Source: the human T2T-CHM13v2.0 reference genome, Homo sapiens
Strand: one strand, 5' to 3'
NCBI RefSeq assembly: GCF_009914755.1
Contig: NC_060929.1
Length of the DNA: 64,000 nt
The position numbers were made by a program, and so were the translations under genes. A model generated the notes under the pieces. It was not told the DNA's origin, did not search any database, and saw nothing but the letters and a program-made list of their open reading frames with translations. This document shows positions 54,387-64,000 of the stretch, in pieces; within the stretch, counting starts at the first letter, position 1; every line of letters starts with the position of its first letter.

Positions 54387-54878
54387 CAGCACTGTGCAAT
54401 AAAAATATTACTGTAAGCCATGTGTATTAATTAAAATTTTTAGTAGCAACATTAAAAAGCATAAACTAATTTTAATAAATTTCATATAACTCAAAATATC
54501 TAAAACATTATTTTGACATGTGATCAGCATAAAAATTATTAATGGAATTTGTACATTCTTCTTTCTAATACTTAACACTTCAAAATCTTGTGTATTTTGC
54601 ACTCATTGCACATTTCAATTAAGGCTCAAAATTTCCATCAGGAATAATTGATCTGGTTTAAAATTTATAAAATTTACAGTAGAAAAAGTAGAATCACATA
54701 TGAAAGTTGTTCCAAACATACTTAAACATTTTCCAAAAACTGAATTAACTCTCAGTTCTAAATTTTAAAGTAAGTAGAAAGAAAACTTCAGTACCTCAGT
54801 CGCACTAGTCATATGTCAAGTGCTCAGCAGCCACACGGGGAGATGCTAACGGGGAGACTACCGTATCGGATGGTGCAG
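54387..54878. mobile_element. MER3/MER33-like hAT-Charlie element
   Basis: CAGCACTGT.CAATA...GCACTAG.CA.AT.TCAAGTGCTCA..AGCCACA...CTACCGTAT.GGA..GTGCAG. Confidence 0.7.
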
Positions 54879-55940
54879 GTATAGCGCTTTCACTTTGCCC
54901 CTTCGGCTAGAATTCCCCTAGATGGGAAGAGACCTGTCCCCAGTTCACTTGTGAAGAGAACCCAGGAAGACCAACTCCCAGTGCTGCGTTCGCCCATGAG
55001 GGAGTCCCACCTTGTGGGGTCATCCTCAGTTTATTCAGATCATCTTCCCTGGTCCAAACTTGCATAACATGATAAAACGCAGCTCAACAAGACACGGTTC
55101 AAACATGAGGGGTTTTAAAACTGTGGATATTTTTTCATGTCTGATTCTCGGCTTCCCTTCTTATGTCCTAGTGAATTTACGAGCATGTTTACTGAGATTC
55201 ATTAGGTGCTAGTTCTGTATGCCCCAGTCTTCAAACAGTACATCATTTACTCTCAGAGAAATCAGGTGAGATAGGTGAGAACGAGACAGGGTGACAGTCA
55301 TTTGCTCGAGGACATTCACCTAATTATAAGTGGTTAGAGCAGGGATTTAATCCCAGAGAGTCTGGATTATTAAAAAACATGCCTAGTAGAGGCCCCTTAT
55401 GCTAATCACCCACCCTAAATTCACACTTTTCAAAGCCTTCTCACAATTCTCATGGAATAGACAGGCAAAACTGAGCAGGTATTACCCTTGCCACTTTGCC
55501 AGTGAGGCACAGGTGGTAAGAGATTCCCCCAAAGAGGCACAGAAAGAGCCTGGCAGAGCAACCCCTCAGACTCCACATGCTGTGCTCTTTCCATGATACC
55601 CAGTGCCAGGGAACAGGCAGAGGAACACCTGCTGTTTACTACGTATCACACGCATTCCCATCTTTTTGTTGGTCAATCTTCCCACCACTTTGGGAAGAAA
55701 GGATTATCCATGAGTAGAGATGAGAATTCCACATGGTAATGAAAAGTGCCCTAGGTCACAGAGCCTGCTGGTACCACAGCCAGGGTCCCAATCCAGGTCT
55801 GTGTCCACAGAGACGGAACCTCTGCCAAGGACCACCTGACATGAAGGCTCACCCCAGACTGCAACTGTGCTCTTTGCTCAAAACAAACCTTCCACCAAGT
55901 TCATATAATGCGACTGACTACATAACAGAAAGCAAGATCA

Positions 55941-56149
55941 CCAACATGGCGAAACCCAGTCTCTGCTAAAAATACAAAAATTAGCTGGGCATGGTGGCAG
56001 ATGCCTGTAATCCCAGCTACTTGGGAGGCTGAGGCAGAAGAACTACTTGAACTGGGGAGGCGGAGGCTGCAGTGAGCCAAGATCATGTCACTGCACTCTA
56101 GCCTGAGTGACAGAGTGAGATTCCACCTCAAAAAAAAAAAAAAAAGAAA
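55941..56149 (+). mobile_element. 5'-truncated AluS
   Basis: Starts at CCAACATGG; TSD AGAAAGCA(A/G)GATCA. Confidence 0.93.
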
Positions 56150-56909
56150 GAAAGCAGGATCAGATTGCTCTACAATTCAGACACAATTAACTCAGAATGT
56201 CTGTTCTTGTGTTTGTCTGACTTGATAAAGTGTTACTGTATTTCTATGGGATGAATTCACAACTTTAAAAAAAAAGACAGAGAAGGCTGGTTTTATTAGG
56301 TTAAGTATTCAGAGAGGGGCATTTCAAGGGAACACACCACCTGGATCCTGAAGGCTTTGGCAGAATGAAATTGGCTTTTCCCCAGAGCAGGATTAAACAG
56401 GCCAGTCTGGCAGTGACCAGGGTGACAACCCACAAAGGGGGGACTAAGCCATTACTGGGAAACACATGAGAAGTGTAGGGCCTCTTCACTCGGGTTTTCA
56501 CATGCAGCTCCTTAAATAACAGGTAAAATGAAAATCGCTCCTGCTTCCACTCAGGCAGACAGTGCCTGGGAGTAGAAATAAATGCCCCTCCCCGGCACAG
56601 GCCTGCCTCCAATGAGAATATCTACAGTTGTAGAACTCTATGAGCACAAACCAGACCTCACTATCAACCCCAGTGTCATCTAGCTGACAAGCATCTGAAA
56701 TTTTGCATCTGAACAGCACATGGCAGTACTATTAGCCAAACTTTAAACAGGTTTATGAGCAACTGGTTCAGAAAATCACATGTAATAAGTTCTTTAATTT
56801 CAACATACAGGCAAAGGTATATATTTTTATTAATAATCTTTATTAATAGAAAATTAATTTCTCCCACCTCCACTAAATAAATACGGAGTAGATAAAGATT
56901 ATCAGTTTG

Positions 56910-57267
<358 letters not shown>

Positions 57268-58308
57268 TCAGGTCAGCCCTGGCATTCCTATGAGAAGGAA
57301 TTCTGCTCAAATAATTTCATAACACACAAGTATTTACAATTCCCGTTTAACAACAACAACAAAAACCTCAAGCTTCCTAACCTAAGCAGTAGAAGTTGTT
57401 AGAACAACTTAACATTTGAGGAGTCACCAGTTCATTTCATAACATAAGAGCAATTTTTCCTTCCCTAGAATCTGCAAGCTAAAAGACTTTTCTACAAATG
57501 AGACGGTATCTGTGAAAATGCTGTGTGCAAATCCCTTCAACATGGCAGACCCTCCTGGAAAGGGTGTCAGTCAGTCCCAAATCCATACCTTGAGCTGGCT
57601 TCTTTGGGCTGAGCCGAACCTCCAGTTTATAATAAGACCTGAGAGGACCTGGCTGAATAGGCTTCTCCCTTGGGAGAAGCAGGGCTGGATCAAAGTCTTT
57701 TGGGACAATTATTTGACTATGTACTGCCTTGATTTTCTTAAATGTGTACTGTACAAGATTACTCAACCTCTATTATCGTCACTAATATTTTCAAAAAGTG
57801 ACCTTTATAAATTAGAACCTGTAGAATTAATCATAAATCACCTATTAGTCAACTGTTTTTAACTTTTATTCCCACAAGCCTTCCATATGAGCTATCACTG
57901 AGTAATAAAATTGGGTATTTTTAATCGGCTATCTCTACTTTCTCTGAGAGAAATGATAAAAATGATGAAATGGTCCACAGAGAAGCTCGAAAGGAAAGAC
58001 AAATTCAGCTATGCCTATTATAAAGAGCTCTGAAACTTGGGTATGAATGGTGACAAACAAAGCATGTCAGAATTGAAGTGTGGCAATTATAGCATTAAAT
58101 TCAATATCATTTAAGAAACTTCACAGGGTTGTTTATAACATTTATGTATGCTGATCCAAGTGATGTTTCTAGCCTTTAAAAAATTAGTGCTGACCACACA
58201 GGGTTCAAAAGTTTGAAACACTGCATCTTTTTCAAGAAGTTGCCATTCGCTGGAAAATTGTTTCCAAATAATCACCAACAATAAGGTCATGTGATTTCAT
58301 TTACTTAC

Positions 58309-58367
58309 CTATTTATATCTGTAGGAATGCTGGGAAGTCTTAATGAACAACTTCAGAAAAATGCCAC
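58309..58367 (-). other. LHFPL2: 59-nt non-coding 5'UTR exon of LHFPL2
   Basis: Acceptor TTTGTTTTTCCAG|GTGGCA at 58368/58367, branch TCTAAC at ~58393, donor TAG|GTAAGT at 58309/58308. No ATG. Size fits my recollection of the LHFPL2 structure. Confidence 0.8.
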
Positions 58368-59962
58368 CTGGAAAAACAAATTGAACAAAGAGTTAGATTT
58401 TAAAAACACATACACACAAAGAAGACTTAGCATGCAATTTTATATCTCATTAAAATATGTGACGATTCAAATATTGGTCCCCAGGCAGCACACAGCTCAA
58501 CTTGCATTAGAACACGGCCACTCCCCCCAGGAACACCGACACACGAACACAGGGTCCAAACCACTGATGAACCAGAAAAAGTAAAAGGCCAGGGGGGAAT
58601 GTCCAGCTTGTGAACATGTACCTAATTACATCGTTTCCTTTCCCCTCACAAGGGGACCAACTTAAAAATACAACTTGTGTCCGGGAGGACACTTTATGAA
58701 TGACCATAAAAAGGCTCAAAAATCCAGAAACAAATTAAGAAATAAAATACAAAATTGTGACTGAAAAAACTATCCTAGCAGCACTTTATATCCTTTTCAG
58801 TTACGCTGGTTAATGTTCTAAAGCTAAATTCACAAAGATGTCAAGACTGGGAAAGTGGAAAAAGGGCCATTTTTAGAAAAACCCTAACATAGTAAAAAGA
58901 AAAGTTGAAAAGTAAGAACTTATTAATGATTAGTTTATTTAGAAATCAAGGATTCCTTTTGGTGGTCTCAAAGTCTTTAGGGAACCTTTAGAAAATTATA
59001 AGCCTACTAATACATTCACAAAACAGAGAATCCTCAAATATCTCTTCAGCATTGCTTTGAAATATTAAACATAAATGGAACAAATTTCTAACATAAAATG
59101 TCACAATTACCATTTGTTGAAAATCTGTCATGCACCTGGGACTGTTATAGGAATATATTACAACCTTTCTAGACAAAGATACCCATTAACAGATGGGGAA
59201 ACTGATGTTAAAAGAAGTAGAGAACCTTCCTCAATACCATAGGATCCAGGGTTTCCAAACACGCCTTTTTCCTCCTATCAGATAATCTTGCTCTTAAAAG
59301 AATCTCTTCCACTCTACAAAGCCTATTCATCACCTCCCCTGATAGAAACCACATATTCCTTAATGCAAACTCTAAAAGAAATTGGCTAGCAGATGACTAG
59401 CCAGTTAGCTTTTTCTTTTTGCACATTTAAAAGTAATTTCTTCATTTAAAAATGATTAGGCTTATGTTATTTAGGACTATAAGGTAACACTGTATATGAG
59501 TAAATATTTAGAAAAAAAGCATTTTGAGTTCATGAGATATTAAAAATGTAATTGGGGTGTATAAATATGTAATTCCACATAAGGTAAATTAAACAGAAAA
59601 TATTCAACAGCCTCAATTCCACTGATAAGCAAGAAAACAAGAAGTCCACATGCTTATTTTCTATAATCAAATTTTCAAATACAGCCATGGGCTAACAATC
59701 AAAATCTGTAATATCAAGCTACGAATGTCCACACTTATATGCAGGTAAGTAGCTTAATATCAGCAGCACCAGTGTTAATCCAAAGTGTACCTGAGGTTGA
59801 AAAGCCAACAGTGGCACAAAGGCCACTACCTAAAAACGTCATTTTAGTTTAGTAATAAACTTGAAGATACTGGACAACAGTCATTGGGTTTCACTTTAAT
59901 AAAAATATACAAAAGAATTCTGAATTCATAAAGTCCTTTGTTATAACAGTTAAGGAAACTAA

Positions 59963-60284
<322 letters not shown>

Positions 60285-61099
60285 TAACTTAATTACTTGC
60301 TAAATTCTAAACATTTCCCACAATTTTATTTTACCCTTTAGGGGAAGTCATGATCAGTATTTTTATCTGGAAATGGCTTCTGCGAAATATGCCACTAGGA
60401 TTATTATGAATGGGTCTGTTATAAATGGAGTTCTTGATCAACATTTCCTTATTTCTAAAAGCTAAATGAGTCACAACAAAATGAGTCACTTCAACCTTGG
60501 TACTGTTCAAAATTCAAAGATAACATTTTTTAAAATCTCCTTTTTTTACATATAAACCAAGCAAAGCTCTGGACAGTTAAGACAGTCAAGACCCTAACAG
60601 TAACGGAAAAGGCAGAATTGTATCCCAGTTCCCACCTAAAGCTTTCCAAATTCACACTGACAGTAAAAAGCATTTTCTAGAATCAATTAATTTGACCCAA
60701 AGCTTTGAAAATAACAGTCATTTAGGAATAGGTTCTTAGTATCATGATTAAGCTTTTCTGACAAAGAAGTAATATCTTGTGAAACCACCAGAGTAGTCAG
60801 GAAGATAAAAACATGCCAGTTCTGTTCTGGGTTTGGTTAGTTTACAGGGTGTGATTTTCATTTTTTTTTTAAATATGCTATTTCGAAAATACAGTATACT
60901 AAAAATATACTAAGTCACAGAACCTTCAAACATTCACCTAAAAAGTTAATATATCAGGACTGTCAGGCATTGTTCTATGTATTAGAACAGTGTCTTTATT
61001 TCTAGTTTTCATCTTGGCATCTGTTTTTTAGAAACATTGGTCTGTTACTACTTAAAGTTTATGAAGTAATAAGAGACTAATGTTTCTGAAAAACAATTT

Positions 61100-61400
61100 T
61101 TGTGAATTAACTCATTTGCTTTCACAAAACCCCTGAGGTAGCTACCAGTATTATCCCATTTTAAGGATGAGGAAGCAGGCAAAAAGAAACTTAACCTTAC
61201 CAAAAGTTACATGGCTTGCAAGAAGTGGTGTTAATATTCAAATCCGTATACATGATCACATTTTATCCTAACAACTATATAATGCAAGCAGGAGAGAAAA
61301 TTTTGGCCGCATTTTAACTATGAGGGAAACAAATTCCTGAGGAATAAGGGCTGGCTTCCTCAAAGGCACACAGCTAGTCAGTAACAGGGGTCAAGAACTG
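61100..61400 (-). mobile_element. MIR fragments
   Basis: TTCACAAAACCCCTGAGGTAG...TATTATCCCATTTTAAGGATGAGGAA. Confidence 0.65.
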
Positions 61401-64000
61401 CTAGGGGCACCTACTGCTAAGGCTGTACTGCTTTTTCATTTGTTCATTTTTGTCTTGGATACTATAATCAACGTGTAAAACTCAGTGTAAAGAGTGTTTC
61501 CTCTAATCACTGAGAAGACACTTCAGGATCCTCTCATGGGATGTGCTGATGACAAGAACATCAATTAGAGCACATACAATGGTATTCTCACGCTGCCAGG
61601 TCACCTTTTTTCCATTTTCCTAAATGCAAATATGGGTTTTTATTCACTTACTGGTTGTTAAACACATGGGTTCATGTAAATATTGGTCTTTATCTGTATA
61701 TATGTATATTATTAATCTGCTTGGCCACTTACAGTGCAATCAAAGTAGGCACTGTTTATTCCAACAAACATTGTAAATAAAATTAAAACTACCGTGTTTT
61801 TGCACATTAAGGAGTTAAAAAGTCTTCGCTTCCCATTCATCTCCATTTGGGCTGCATGCCCTTCTGTTACACTTCCGGATGTCAGGAGAAACAATAGCTG
61901 CCTTTAGTGCCACACAGAGAACACGGCCCCCACGTGATGGGCACCAGCACTTATTTATTGAATTGAATTGCCAAAAACAGGAAGCAGAGTTGTAAGACCC
62001 CTTTTATCAGTTACAGATTGCTAAGACTTGAAGTGCACTGATTTGAATTGTTTCATGTTACTCTGTAAAACTAGAACCAAGGAGTGAAAATTACCTTGGA
62101 AATGACAGGGGTGAATTTCAGCTGAATGAAGAAAGAACTGTGTAATAAACAGAGTTGACCCGAGGTGGTCCAGGTTGCCTCTGGGGTGGGTTAAGAAACA
62201 GTAAGTCAGGATCACAGAGGCCACAGAGGGGGAAAGTCTCAGCAACTGTCCTCTCACAATCCTTCCCTGAGACCTGAGGTCTATGCCCATCCACAGCAAG
62301 AATGGGAGCTTCATGGCAGAGCACTGTGTATCACAGGACACTCTGCAATTCATTTTCTCATTTTATAGGCACTATTACTAAAAGGGGGCCGGAGTGTGGG
62401 TGGGGAGAGACATCTTTACTATCCCCATTTTATAAACCAAGAATTTGAGCCACTTAAGCTAAATCACACCATTAGTAAATGACAGAATACGGCCTTCAAT
62501 CTAGGACTTCTGACCCCCCAGGCAGGCCAGTGTATTTCCAGCTAGGCAATACTGCAACAACCAACGTAAGATGCCTGCAACCATCATTCTTATTAAGTAT
62601 TATCTCCTCATATTAAGAACAGGGGCAAGGATGGGCCCCAAAGACTTGAAGCACCGAGGCAAATACCAAAGCAAGATTAGCTAAAACAAAAATACAGTAA
62701 GAGCTCTGCTACTTTCACAAAACCATCCCTTCTACCTGACTAGGAAGAGCTCATTATATTTTCAGTAGACACACTCTCTAAGGCTTTATTTACATGAGTC
62801 AACTAAAGGAATAATTGTCCAAATCCTACTTTACTGTGCTCTACTGATACAACAAATGCTCGAGGAAGTCTGTCCACATTTTAAGGGGAGTCTGTGGCCA
62901 CATACTATGCACAAAGAGCACTCCCCATTTCTGCAGCCAAAGCATTAATCGTTGCTCCAGAACTAGGCTGGTGTAACTTTTTTTTTAAAGTCTGAAATGC
63001 ATTCTCTGACAACAGGTCCAGGACTACCTCACAATTGTGTCTGACAACAGGAGTTTAACAGAACTGGGTCAGCCATTGAAGGATTGCTGAACCTTGCAAG
63101 ATTTTCAAGGAAAGACATGAGAGTGTCGAGTTTCATGAACCGTCTACCAAGCACAGAAAGTGGCAGCTTGCCAAAGGCTGGACTGTGTTAAACGCATGTG
63201 AGACGCTGGGAACCTGAACCCCAACAACGCCGGCCCTGCCACTCAACCACAGTGGTGAAAGACTGAGGTTCAAGTTTCCAAAGACCTCGCGGACTCTAAG
63301 CCAAACGTTGCTAATCAGGAAAAATTCCTTCTCTTAAGGAAGGAGAAACTCCTTGATTCAAACATTATCCCATCAACGTAAAGCTGTTAGAGAGTATGTT
63401 TTTAAATATCTAGGTACAACAGAATAGCCTATAACGTGCCAGCCACAAGTCATATTCAATTATACTGCTTTTTAACATGCCAGGTGTGCATATCAAAACA
63501 CTGCTATTGTTATTCCCACACTGCTGGGACCATGTTCATTCACATAATTCTTACCTCTTCCCCAATATTTAGTTATAAATCTATGGGACAACAAGGTCCT
63601 TGAGAACAAAACTAATTCTAGCTTACTCCTCTCAATATCTCTTGCACTCAACATAGGGCATGACATAGAGTAGACAATTCATAAATGTTTACTGAATAAA
63701 CAAAAGGATCATTGCCCTATGAACATTCCCTACAGATAGTAGTTAGAAAAGTCAGGCTATGTAGAAGAAAGAAATACTGGGTTAACGAGAGTGGAGAAAA
63801 TCATCAGGCAAACATGACAGCAGGAATTCCGGCATGAGAAGAAAGCGCAGGAGGCAAGGAGGAATCGCAGGCAGCAATGGAGCACAGAGTAGCAGTGACG
63901 CTGTCCAAGGCAGGGGGGATCCTCCAGTGGGTGTGTTTCCAAAACACCAGTGTCTGGACCCACCTCTGTGAACTCCTTCTATTGTAGGGTAGCCCTAGAC

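Overview
Primate genomic DNA, almost certainly human because it carries an intact AluYb8 fragment. The window lies inside the LHFPL2 gene on the minus strand. It holds the first coding exon (3269-3883; CDS 3269-3698) on a CpG island and a 59-nt 5'UTR exon (58309-58367). The ~54 kb intron between them is rich in Alu, MIR, L1/L2, MaLR/ERV LTR and hAT DNA-transposon relics. There are no prokaryotic-type systems, CRISPR arrays or structural RNA genes. The most interesting signals all concern the 5'UTR and splicing of LHFPL2: (i) a near-perfect 47-bp-stem hairpin that appears to have arisen by templated insertion and sits inside a candidate cassette exon with strong splice sites; (ii) a recursive-splice-type AG|GTGAG start on the coding exon; (iii) two uORFs joined by an AUGA stop/start overlap; (iv) inverted Alus flanking both exons, which could favour circRNA formation. 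There are also several unusual retrotransposition scars. Repeat family names come from recalled consensus sequences and need RepeatMasker/Dfam confirmation.
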